The translations under genes were made by a program, and so were the position numbers. Below, in pieces: positions 17,810-26,295 of a stretch of 64,000 nucleotides of DNA. Each line of letters opens with the position of its first letter. Within the stretch, counting starts at the first letter, position 1. The notes under the pieces are model-generated. The model was not told where the DNA came from, did no database searches, and saw only the letters and a list, made by a program, of their open reading frames with translations. Origin of the DNA: an uncultured bacterium (GTDB lineage Bacteria > Zhuqueibacterota > QNDG01 > DTFT01); the NCBI GenBank assembly GCA_963736115.1, contig CAVTNR010000010.1:64674-128673 (forward strand). The letters run 5' to 3'.

Positions 17810-20764
17810 TTAAAATCCGACCGACAAACCGGCCTGAACCTGGCGCGGCGCCGAATACCAGCTCGGCTGTTTGGCCCATTCCTCAACCGTGCCGATCCGC
17901 GAGGCGACGTATCCCTGCTTCTCCGGATCGATGGTGGAGGTGACGTCCGCCTTTTCCGTGTCGCCGTATACGCTCAGCGCGTCGCGGAAATCGAGGAGAT
18001 TGTACACGTTGACGAACGCGTTCATCCGGAGCTTTCCGACCGTGATCCCGCGGTTCACGGTCAGGTCGATGTTCCGCCGCATGGGCGTGTATTCGCTGTT
18101 CTGCAGGAGGCCTTTGGAGGCGGCGCTGCCGAACACTTCCCCGGAGGGGAACGAGGGGGTATACGGCGTGCCGCTGGTCAACTGCCCGATCGCCGAGAAC
18201 AGCCACTGCCCGAGCTGATAACGGACCAGCGCGTTCAGGGTATGCGGCTGGTCGAAGCCCATCGGGATCAGCGCGAGCCGCTTCTGCTCGTGGTTGGCGT
18301 AGGCGGTGTAGGCGTCGGTCGGGCTGGTGTAGGTGCCCTCCGCCTTCTGGTAGGTGTAATCCACCCTCACTGACCAATTCCTGGACATCCGCTTGTCAAG
18401 CTTCACCGTGACACCACGGACATTTTCATAGTCCAGATTCATGAACATCACGTACTGGACGGCGGGGTTGACCGTCGGCTGGAGCGGTGTCTGGCCGACC
18501 CAGTCGCGCACGTCGCGGTAGAACAGCGATATGTCCACGCCCAGATCGTTCGACAGCTGCTGCTGCAGGCCGATCTCATACTGAACCGTCCGCTGGGGTT
18601 TGAGTTCCGCGTTCGACAGGGTGAAGTTGCCGCCGCCCATGCCCAGCTTGAAGTCGGGGCTGCTGTACAGATACTGGAAATCGGGGATCTGGAAGAAATG
18701 ACCGTAGGAAAAGTGGATCACGCCGCGGTCGGTGATGGGGAAAGACAATCCCAGACGCGGGCTGACCGCGTAGCTGGCCTCGGCCTTCTTCTCCATGAGC
18801 GCCCTGCGCTCGGCCACGGAGAGCGAATCCGTCGTGCCCGGCCGGAAAGTGTGCTCCGGTTTCATGGGCGTGTAAATGCTCGGGTCCGTCGGATCGGCCG
18901 GGACCACGCCTTTGGAGTCGAAATAATCGAACCGGAGGCCGAGGTTGACGATCAGATCCTTGAGCTCGATCTTGTCCTGGGCATAGGCCGAAAACTCGAA
19001 GGGATTCCGGGTGTAGAGCAGCCGCTGCACGCTCGAAACGCCCGGAACGTCCGGTTCGAACGGGATGACGGCCTCGCTCGTCCCCGGAACGGTTTTGGGC
19101 GTGATCGTGTAGGAATCGAGCGTCAACTCATGAAACCGGGCCTCGACGCCCGACTTGATCTGGTGGACCCGGTTGATCTGGCTGGTCAGGTCCAATTTTC
19201 CGACCCAGTAAGCGGTGCTCCGCTCGTAATGGTTCATCAGATTGCCGCTTTTATTGAAACTGTAGCTGGTCGGCGCCGAATTGGAATCGGGGCTGACGTA
19301 CCCGCTCGGGCCGGCTGGATCAGGGATAAAATCGTAAGTCCGCCTGTCGGACCGGATGGCCTGTAACCGGGCCTGGCCTTCAGCCGTGTTCGGATCGAAT
19401 TCGAAACCCGTCAAACCGGCATCGGCATCGGGATACACGCGAACGAAGTAATTCGGCTTCGTGGTGGGATCCTCAAAGAGGAATTGCCTGTATTCGTTGT
19501 AGAAATGGTTGACCCGCAGTTCATAAAAAGTTTTAGCCGAGAGCATGTGGTTCAGCTCCAGGATGTGCGTCAAGCCGGTACCCTTCTGCTGGGGGATGCC
19601 GTCCGGCGCATAGGTGTACGCCTTGTTGTAAATCCGGTCATTGTTCCAGCGGTTCCCGAACACGTTGTATTTGACGGTGATGTTCCGGCTGAGCCGGTAG
19701 ACCAGTTTCCCCTGGAGGCTGACCCGCTCGTAGGGATTCATGGAGACGAGCGAACTGTCTCCGGCTGTGCCGGCCGGCGTGAACCACTTCCGGCCGTAGA
19801 GATATCCCTCGTTCGAAAAGAAGCGGCCGTTGACGAAAAACGACAGTTTGTCCCCGGCGAAGGGAACCGGACCATTCAGGTTGGCTTCGAAATTATAAAC
19901 GGGATTGAAACGCTTCAGCGGATTTTCCGTCACGCCGTCCGCGCGCAGGACACCCCGCGCGTCGGAAACGACGTTGACCCGCTTCAACAGGGAGAATTGT
20001 TCGCCGCCGCCGAGATAGTCCCCCACGTATCCGCTCACGTCCCCCGTCAGCTTGTTCCCGCCCTCCTTGGTGATGACCTTCACGATGCCGGACATGGCCT
20101 GCCCGTACTCGGCGTTGAACGTGCCGCTGACCACCTGCAGCTCCTGGATAGCCGAATTTTCGACCGTGACGCCGCTCGATCCGTTGAACACGTCCGTGGT
20201 GGATACGCCGTCCACCCAGTACGCGATCTCGCTCGAACGGCCGCCGCGGATATGCACCTGTCCGCCGGTTCTCACGACACCGGCCTGCAGCGCCAGAATG
20301 TCCTCCATGCTCTGCACGGGCAGGTCCCGGATCTCATCGGCACCCACGCTGGACAGCGACGACGTCATGTCTTTCCGGACCAGGGGCCGTTCGGCCGTTA
20401 CCGTGACCGCCTCTCCGGATTCAATCACCGCAGGCGATAGTTCAGCGTCGCAGGCCGCGGTCATGTCGATGGACACCCGGAGATCCTCGGTCACCCGGGT
20501 CTGATACCCCATCATGCTGATCCGGACGCTGACCATGCCGGGCGGCACGTTGAGGATCATGTAATAGCCGTCCATGTCGGTCACCGCGCCGGCGGAAGTG
20601 CCGACGACCAGCACGTTGGCTCCGATCAACGGCTGCCGGGTGGAGCGGTCGACCACGGTGCCCGCGATCTTGCCGGTGGTGCCCGCGGCCAGACGGCCCG
20701 CGACCGAGATCAGGCAGACCCCGAGGATCGCCGCAACAATCCGGAGCTGGCGGTTACGCTTCAT
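17810..20764 (-). CDS. TonB-dependent outer-membrane transporter with N-terminal carboxypeptidase-regulatory-like domain (SusC-like architecture)
   Basis: ORF 17810..20797. The ATG at 20764 follows GAGGAG. Sequence has GKIAGTVVDRSTRQPLIGANVLVVGTSAGAVTDMDGYYMILNVPPG, a plug region (SSVGADEIRDLPVQSMEDILALQAGV) and the barrel terminus ...QAGLSVGF. Confidence 0.9.
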   Translation of the reverse strand: MKRNRQLRIVAAILGVCLISVAGRLAAGTTGKIAGTVVDRSTRQPLIGANVLVVGTSAGAVTDMDGYYMILNVPPGMVSVRISMMGYQTRVTEDLRVSIDMTAACDAELSPAVIESGEAVTVTAERPLVRKDMTSSLSSVGADEIRDLPVQSMEDILALQAGVVRTGGQVHIRGGRSSEIAYWVDGVSTTDVFNGSSGVTVENSAIQELQVVSGTFNAEYGQAMSGIVKVITKEGGNKLTGDVSGYVGDYLGGGEQFSLLKRVNVVSDARGVLRADGVTENPLKRFNPVYNFEANLNGPVPFAGDKLSFFVNGRFFSNEGYLYGRKWFTPAGTAGDSSLVSMNPYERVSLQGKLVYRLSRNITVKYNVFGNRWNNDRIYNKAYTYAPDGIPQQKGTGLTHILELNHMLSAKTFYELRVNHFYNEYRQFLFEDPTTKPNYFVRVYPDADAGLTGFEFDPNTAEGQARLQAIRSDRRTYDFIPDPAGPSGYVSPDSNSAPTSYSFNKSGNLMNHYERSTAYWVGKLDLTSQINRVHQIKSGVEARFHELTLDSYTITPKTVPGTSEAVIPFEPDVPGVSSVQRLLYTRNPFEFSAYAQDKIELKDLIVNLGLRFDYFDSKGVVPADPTDPSIYTPMKPEHTFRPGTTDSLSVAERRALMEKKAEASYAVSPRLGLSFPITDRGVIHFSYGHFFQIPDFQYLYSSPDFKLGMGGGNFTLSNAELKPQRTVQYEIGLQQQLSNDLGVDISLFYRDVRDWVGQTPLQPTVNPAVQYVMFMNLDYENVRGVTVKLDKRMSRNWSVRVDYTYQKAEGTYTSPTDAYTAYANHEQKRLALIPMGFDQPHTLNALVRYQLGQWLFSAIGQLTSGTPYTPSFPSGEVFGSAASKGLLQNSEYTPMRRNIDLTVNRGITVGKLRMNAFVNVYNLLDFRDALSVYGDTEKADVTSTIDPEKQGYVASRIGTVEEWAKQPSWYSAPRQVQAGLSVGF

Positions 20765-21046
20765 AGCCTGACTCCTCTGCTTTAAGGTGTTTGGCATAAC
20801 GCACTGGTTCAGAAAAATGCATGGAATCCGGAAATCGGATTCTTCGAGAACGCGATTTTTTTCGAATGAGACACACGAGGGAGGAAACCACTTCCACTCA
20901 ACGGGACCGTATCAGGCCGGCCATTCGTTCCGACAGGCGGGTCCATCAGGGAAGACCGCCCGCCGTCCGGAATCAGTCAGCGGGAAAACCCGCGTTTTCC
21001 GCAATCGCCTCCGGATTCCGTTCACTTCCGCGGATGAAGCGGATCA

Positions 21047-21104
21047 GAAACGAAACAGCGGCGCACGTCACAAATGACTGATTCGTACGCCGCTGTTCCG
21101 TTTC
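21047..21104. other. Long imperfect hairpin in the untranslated gap upstream of the TBDT gene
   Basis: GAAACGAAACAGCGGCG (21047..21063) pairs with CGCCGCTGTTCCGTTTC (21088..21104): 16 of 17 bp, 24-nt loop. Confidence 0.4.
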
Positions 21105-21263
21105 ATCGGCTTGTTCCACCCGGGTTCTCGGGCGGTATGCCGGACCGCGATCCGCACGGCCCAATGGATTTGACCGAAACCTCGAACCGTCCGCGATAGC
21201 GGTTTCCCGGTCACCCGGCCAGCCACTTGTGACGCACTTCGAAGGTGCGTCGCAAGCAGATGC

Positions 21264-22292
21264 CTACTTCATCAACATCATCTTCTGCGTCAGGGTCTGC
21301 CTGCCGTCGATCTGCATCCTGCACATATACATCCCGCCCGCGAGATTCGAAGCGTCGAATTGAACGCTGTGCTGACCCGCATCCCGGACTTCATCGAGGA
21401 GTGCGGCCGCCTGACGGCCGAGCATGTCGAATACATCGATCGTGACTCTGGATCTTTTATTGAGATTGAAGGGAATGGTCGTCCCGGGGTTGAACGGATT
21501 CGGATAGTTCTGTAGAAGGCCGAATCCCGCGGGAAGATCGGCGAAGGGTTGATCGTCAACGCCGACGGTGGGATCCTGCAGGGAGAGAAAATCGACCTCT
21601 TCGGCGCTCAGGGCTTTGTTGAAGATGTTGCACTCGTAAATGAACCCCCTCCACGTGGCATCGCCGTCGTAGCCGCTCTTGGCCAGGTAGCAGAACAGCG
21701 GCTCCAGCGCGTCGATGGTGTTGGTCGAGGCGAGGTCGGTCCGGCCCGTTTCCACGCCGTCGACGAACAGGGCGATCTGCGATTCGTTGATGGTGGCCAC
21801 CATGTGATGCAGATTGCTGTCGTCGTATTCCGGCCCGTCCGCGCCGGTTTCACCCTGATAGGGCGTGTCCGCCCAGCACGAAATGGCGGCTCGGCTCTTG
21901 TCGTCCCCTCTGACGGGAGTCAGAAAGAAGCCGTTGTACCCCATGCCGTTCTTCGATCCCCCGAAATAGAAGAACATGTGATAGCTGGCGTTCATGCCTT
22001 CAAAGGGCAGGAACCAGATCTCGACGGAAAACTCGGTGAGGGAGTTGAGTCCGACCGCTTCGGCATCCATTTCCATGTACTGGCCCAGATCGGCCGTGAC
22101 CAGCGCGCCGTCCTCGACGATCGCATCTCCCTGGAGGATGCCGTGCGCGTCGCCCACTGCGTCATTGGCGGTTCCGTCGTCGAATGTCCAGGAGTGAATG
22201 AGATTTTCGGTGCCCGGATCGACGCCCTGGGCCGAGGCGCCGATCGCCAGCATCATCAGACACGGCAGCAGGAACAATAGCATTCGTTTCAT
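21264..22292 (-). CDS. LamG/concanavalin-A-like lectin-domain protein with T9SS C-terminal sorting domain
   Basis: Signal peptide MKRMLLFLLPCLMMLAIGASAQ. LamG-like pattern (WTFDDGTANDAVG...SVEIWF...HHMVATINESQIALFVDGVE...IYECNIFNKALSAEEV). Tail LLQNYPNPFNPGTTIPFNL...GMYMCRMQIDG...KMMLMK. Confidence 0.8.
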   Translation of the reverse strand: MKRMLLFLLPCLMMLAIGASAQGVDPGTENLIHSWTFDDGTANDAVGDAHGILQGDAIVEDGALVTADLGQYMEMDAEAVGLNSLTEFSVEIWFLPFEGMNASYHMFFYFGGSKNGMGYNGFFLTPVRGDDKSRAAISCWADTPYQGETGADGPEYDDSNLHHMVATINESQIALFVDGVETGRTDLASTNTIDALEPLFCYLAKSGYDGDATWRGFIYECNIFNKALSAEEVDFLSLQDPTVGVDDQPFADLPAGFGLLQNYPNPFNPGTTIPFNLNKRSRVTIDVFDMLGRQAAALLDEVRDAGQHSVQFDASNLAGGMYMCRMQIDGRQTLTQKMMLMK

Positions 22293-22626
22293 CTTTTTGC
22301 CTCCTCTTCCTGTGGATAATGGATGTTCAAGGGATAATTAGCGTACTTATTTTATGGATGGAAATCAAGCCACTTATTTCCTTTTTATAACCAGATTGCG
22401 CAAATCCTGCCGCGCCGCAGCCTCCGGCCGGGCCGTTTCTGCGCATCAGTACATTGGGCGGGAGTGCCGCCTGAAAATGCGGGAATCGGTATTTTTTTCC
22501 AATTCGGGAGGATTTGCGGGTTTTACAGCCGCGCCGGACCGCACGCGGTCGCGGGGAACGGATCCGGGGCTTACACCACTTGTGTACTTTTCAATTACCA
22601 TATTGCCCAAATACAGACCGCCGCGT

Positions 22627-22656
22627 AAAAACCGGCATTTTCTTCGTTTCTGCCGG
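22627..22656 (-). terminator. Candidate rho-independent terminator about 135 nt after the CotH-like gene
   Basis: Minus-strand RNA CCGGCA-gaaacgaagaaaa-UGCCGG followed by UUUUU. The stem is only 6 bp. Confidence 0.4.
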
Positions 22657-22788
22657 CACCACAACAGGTTCCGCCTGAACCCCGAAAATCCGGTCCGTTC
22701 TCGAGTCCCGGCTTCGGTCATCGACAGCCGGATTCTCCGCGGAGCCGGCATCCCCAGTCTATGCCCCCCCCTTGAAAATCAATAGAAC

Positions 22789-25700
22789 TTACTGTATATA
22801 AAGTAGTTTCCGGACAGTCGAGAATCCGTCGGAAGCAGTCAGTCTGCAAAAGTAGACGCCGCTGGCCAGACCAGAAGCGTCCCATTGGAAAGAATGCACG
22901 CCGGGTTCAAAATCCCGTGAAACCAGTGCGGCCGCCTCACGGCCCAGAATGTCATACACTTTAATCGTAATGGACGCGGGCCTGGGCACATGAAATACAA
23001 GGGTCGTCATAGCATTGAACGGATTCGGGAAATTCTGCGCCAGCCTGAATTCAATCGGAGCCGCCGGACGCCCCGGTTCCGTTACCGAGACGGGGATGTT
23101 GTCATGACCGGGATTTCCGTGAATACCGGCCGAGGCCGTCCAGTTTCCCGCGTCCTCCGGATCCCCGGATGGATCCGGCTCCCGCGGCACGAGCGAAAAC
23201 CCGTCTCCGTCCGCCGAACGGGGCCACGGATACCGGTCATTGTACCGAATCCGGAGGATCGTGTCCCCCGATGCCGCGCTCAGCGCGATTGTTTCTCCGC
23301 TGTTGTCCAATTGCCCCTCATATTCGCCGAAAGCCTGGAATCCGTACCGGCCGGAGAAGGCATTGCGGTTGGAGGCCAGCACGATGAAGTTTTCCGGGCC
23401 GATCGCCGTTTGGACCGGGAACTCGAAAGAAACACCCGCCGAAAAAAACATCCCGGACAAATCCAGCGTTTCATGTCCGATATTCTTGAACTCGATGAAC
23501 TCATATTCCCCGCTCTCGTTCGCGGTGTCTCCCAGGGGGTGGTAGTGCAGTTCGGTGATCCGGAGGTTTTCCGTGCCGTTCAAAATCCGGAATTCCGCTT
23601 CCTGACCGGCGCTCCAGTCCATTCCGTCCAGCACGCGCGCCCGGACGCAGGTTGTTTGATGGATCACCAGCGGTTCCGTGTACAAGCGCGCCTTTTCGGA
23701 CAATCGGGCCGGGTTCGATGAAACGCCCGCCGTCAGCTCCGCCCCGATCAGAAAATCGGAACTGTTTGCCCCGTTATTCAGGCCCTGGATTGCCAGCAGA
23801 TTCAAGCCGGGCACCAGCAGATCGACGAATCCGGAGACGTCGAAAGGCTCCCATGCCTCGGCTTCGTGGTCCGCGGTGGCCGCGGCATTCCACGCCGGAC
23901 CGGCCGGCGCGTTGGCTTCGGCGACCTTCACACCGTTCAGCCAGGCCGCAAAACCGTCGTCGTAACGCATCCGGAGGGTCAGGACATTGAGGCTGTCGAT
24001 CCATGACGGCTCCGCGGAAAAGGGTATCCTCACGCAGCAGCTGGTTCTCTTCTGAACCATCTCGGCGGCCACGTTGATGCCGATCGTGTTTTCATACCCC
24101 TGCCCCCTTTCGTATCCCACATTTCCGGAGCCGGATCGCCACGCCGAATCGTCGAATCCCGCGGACAGCCTCCAGCCGGCCGAGACCGCCGCCTGGGGAA
24201 CGATCACCTTTTTAGACGCGCTTTCCGCGATGAGCGCCGTCATCCGGGTCTCCGCGTCCAGGGGCAGAACCGGATCGGTCCCGTCCGTCGTGTAATGTAT
24301 CTGACCTCGCGGCGCAGTCATCGCGAGTTGAAATCCCGGTTGAACCCGCCGGCTTTCCGAGCTGAATTCCGGCGGTTGGACCCGCGAAACCCATCCCCTG
24401 GCCCGCAATTGGCCCAGTACGCGTTCCGTGCGATCCGGAAAAAACTGTTCGAGGATACGGTTGATCTCCGGAAGCCAGGCATTGTCGCGCGTAAAGGCGG
24501 GTTCGCGCTTGGAATCGCCCCAGCGTGCGGATTCCGCGATGATGGCCAGATCGATCATTTTCTTCCGGGCCAGGAATCGATCGATATTCGCCTGAGGTGT
24601 CAGCGCGCCGCCGTTGAAAAAATGCCTGTGGACGCGATCGGCGAACCGGGACCGGTAAAGGGGATTCTCGCAGAGTTTCTGATGGAACCACTGCGGGTTC
24701 GATTCCAGAAAAACGGATCCGCCGGGAAACGGCCCGGTCCGATCGTCTCCGAAAGACTGCGCGCCCAGCGTGTGCTCCGCATCATGCCGGATGAAGATAA
24801 AACCCCGGTTTTTTTCCCGGTGATTGTAAATGGCATAAAAATTATTGGGCTCCTGATTGTTGCGAAATCCGGAAACCGGGCCATCCGCCTCGCCGGTGAT
24901 GAAAATAGTCAGCATGAAATCGATCAGATCGTCCACGTCCAGCAGAACCTCGTATTCCGGGTTCCGCGTGCCGTCCGGATTCAGACCCTGCACGTGATGG
25001 TAGGCCTCGGTCGTCGCGAAACCCGCCATGGAGGCTTCCCACAGCCGCCTCCAGGCGTCCAGGGTTCCGTCTGTGGCTTCGATGTCGAAAGCGCCCATAT
25101 ACCCGGCATCGACCTTGATCACGTCGTAGTCCTCCGGGTCGCCGCCGAAATAGGAAGCCGCGTACGAAGCCTCCGGACGCTCCTCGGTTTCATACAGCCC
25201 CCAGTAGGTGCCGTTGATATACAGATGGGCGGCCCGGCTTCGCGTATAGGGCCGGCCCATGTCGCGCTGCATGTCCCTGCAAAAGACGTCGCGGATCATC
25301 GTGTTTTTACTCGGGTCTTCCGCGCCGTAGCTCCAGGAATAATTCATGGCCGTGCGCAGATCCACGTTGTCGAATGCGTCGACGCCTTCGTCGCCGAACA
25401 GGGGAACCTTCAGTTTGCCTTCGCCGTATTCCTGACGAAAAAACCAGCGGAAGGCGCGTTTGGGATTGGTGTTGTTCCGGCTCCATCCGCCCCGGATGCG
25501 CACGCCGCAATTGATCTGAAAGCCGTCCGTTCCGTCCGGATGAATCAATTCGACTGAGCACGGACGCTCCCATTCCCTGCCGTGTTCCAGCGCATTGACG
25601 TAGATTCCGGTCCGCGGGTCGAAAAGATCCTTCAAATCCATGACCATGGAAAACGTGGGAAGTTCGGTCAGCGCCGCGACGATTTTATCCTTGTACAGAC

Positions 25701-26277
25701 CGCTGTTGCAGACTTCCGGATCCATTCCATAGCTGATGGCCTGCCCGTTGGCGTTGTTCAGGCCGAGCCAGCCGGGCCCCGGCAGAGCGCCGTCCGGGGA
25801 AAGCTCCACCGCCCGATCGGCGAACAGATAGGTATGGGTCTTGACCCTTGTCGCGGCTGTATCCGCGGCCATGGCCACGGCTCGAACGCAGAAACCGGGC
25901 GCCCGGTCCCGCCCCCGCGTATTCGCTGGATCCACGCGGACCGCAACGGGCGATGTCCCGGAAAAAGCGGTGGACGACGTGACCGGATCGGTTCCGTCCA
26001 GGGTGTACCGGATCGTCAAACCGGGAGGCGTGGTGGAGAGCGTCAGATCGAAATTGTCCCGGTAAAAACCGCGATCGGGATCGAAGTGCAGAACGACGTC
26101 TTCCGTGTCCTGGCCGTACGACAGACACGCGAAAAGGAGCAGCAGGCCGGCTGCACGGTTCCTGAAATCGATCACTTCGACATCCCTTCCGATTGACTTC
26201 GATGCGTCATCAACCGCTTCTCCCGTCCGCGGTTCCATTCCCGGGTCGGCGATGCGCTCCGGTGTTTCCGCGCGCAC
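22789..26277 (-). CDS. CotH-family protein with CHB_HEX_C-like and lamin-tail (LTD) domains and a T9SS C-terminal sorting domain
   Basis: CotH core RDVFCRDMQRDMGRPYTRSRAAHLYINGTYWGLYETEERPEASYAASYFGG. LTD LRITELHYHPLGD...EYEFIEFKNIG. Tail LAQNFPNPFNAMTTLVFHV...GVYFCRLTA...KLLYIQ. The true start is probably internal, e.g. GTG at 26175 giving (M)IDFRNRAAGLLLLFACLSYGQ. Confidence 0.8.
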   Translation of the reverse strand: MRAETPERIADPGMEPRTGEAVDDASKSIGRDVEVIDFRNRAAGLLLLFACLSYGQDTEDVVLHFDPDRGFYRDNFDLTLSTTPPGLTIRYTLDGTDPVTSSTAFSGTSPVAVRVDPANTRGRDRAPGFCVRAVAMAADTAATRVKTHTYLFADRAVELSPDGALPGPGWLGLNNANGQAISYGMDPEVCNSGLYKDKIVAALTELPTFSMVMDLKDLFDPRTGIYVNALEHGREWERPCSVELIHPDGTDGFQINCGVRIRGGWSRNNTNPKRAFRWFFRQEYGEGKLKVPLFGDEGVDAFDNVDLRTAMNYSWSYGAEDPSKNTMIRDVFCRDMQRDMGRPYTRSRAAHLYINGTYWGLYETEERPEASYAASYFGGDPEDYDVIKVDAGYMGAFDIEATDGTLDAWRRLWEASMAGFATTEAYHHVQGLNPDGTRNPEYEVLLDVDDLIDFMLTIFITGEADGPVSGFRNNQEPNNFYAIYNHREKNRGFIFIRHDAEHTLGAQSFGDDRTGPFPGGSVFLESNPQWFHQKLCENPLYRSRFADRVHRHFFNGGALTPQANIDRFLARKKMIDLAIIAESARWGDSKREPAFTRDNAWLPEINRILEQFFPDRTERVLGQLRARGWVSRVQPPEFSSESRRVQPGFQLAMTAPRGQIHYTTDGTDPVLPLDAETRMTALIAESASKKVIVPQAAVSAGWRLSAGFDDSAWRSGSGNVGYERGQGYENTIGINVAAEMVQKRTSCCVRIPFSAEPSWIDSLNVLTLRMRYDDGFAAWLNGVKVAEANAPAGPAWNAAATADHEAEAWEPFDVSGFVDLLVPGLNLLAIQGLNNGANSSDFLIGAELTAGVSSNPARLSEKARLYTEPLVIHQTTCVRARVLDGMDWSAGQEAEFRILNGTENLRITELHYHPLGDTANESGEYEFIEFKNIGHETLDLSGMFFSAGVSFEFPVQTAIGPENFIVLASNRNAFSGRYGFQAFGEYEGQLDNSGETIALSAASGDTILRIRYNDRYPWPRSADGDGFSLVPREPDPSGDPEDAGNWTASAGIHGNPGHDNIPVSVTEPGRPAAPIEFRLAQNFPNPFNAMTTLVFHVPRPASITIKVYDILGREAAALVSRDFEPGVHSFQWDASGLASGVYFCRLTASDGFSTVRKLLYIQ

Positions 26278-26295
26278 GCGCCGCCGAGCTTTTCG

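Noticed and set aside
21226-21256. Hairpin right after the LamG stop, considered as a rho-independent terminator
   Set aside because: The stem is strong (11 of 12 bp), but no U-tract follows on the minus strand. I did not call it a terminator. It is mentioned only within the structured-gap finding.
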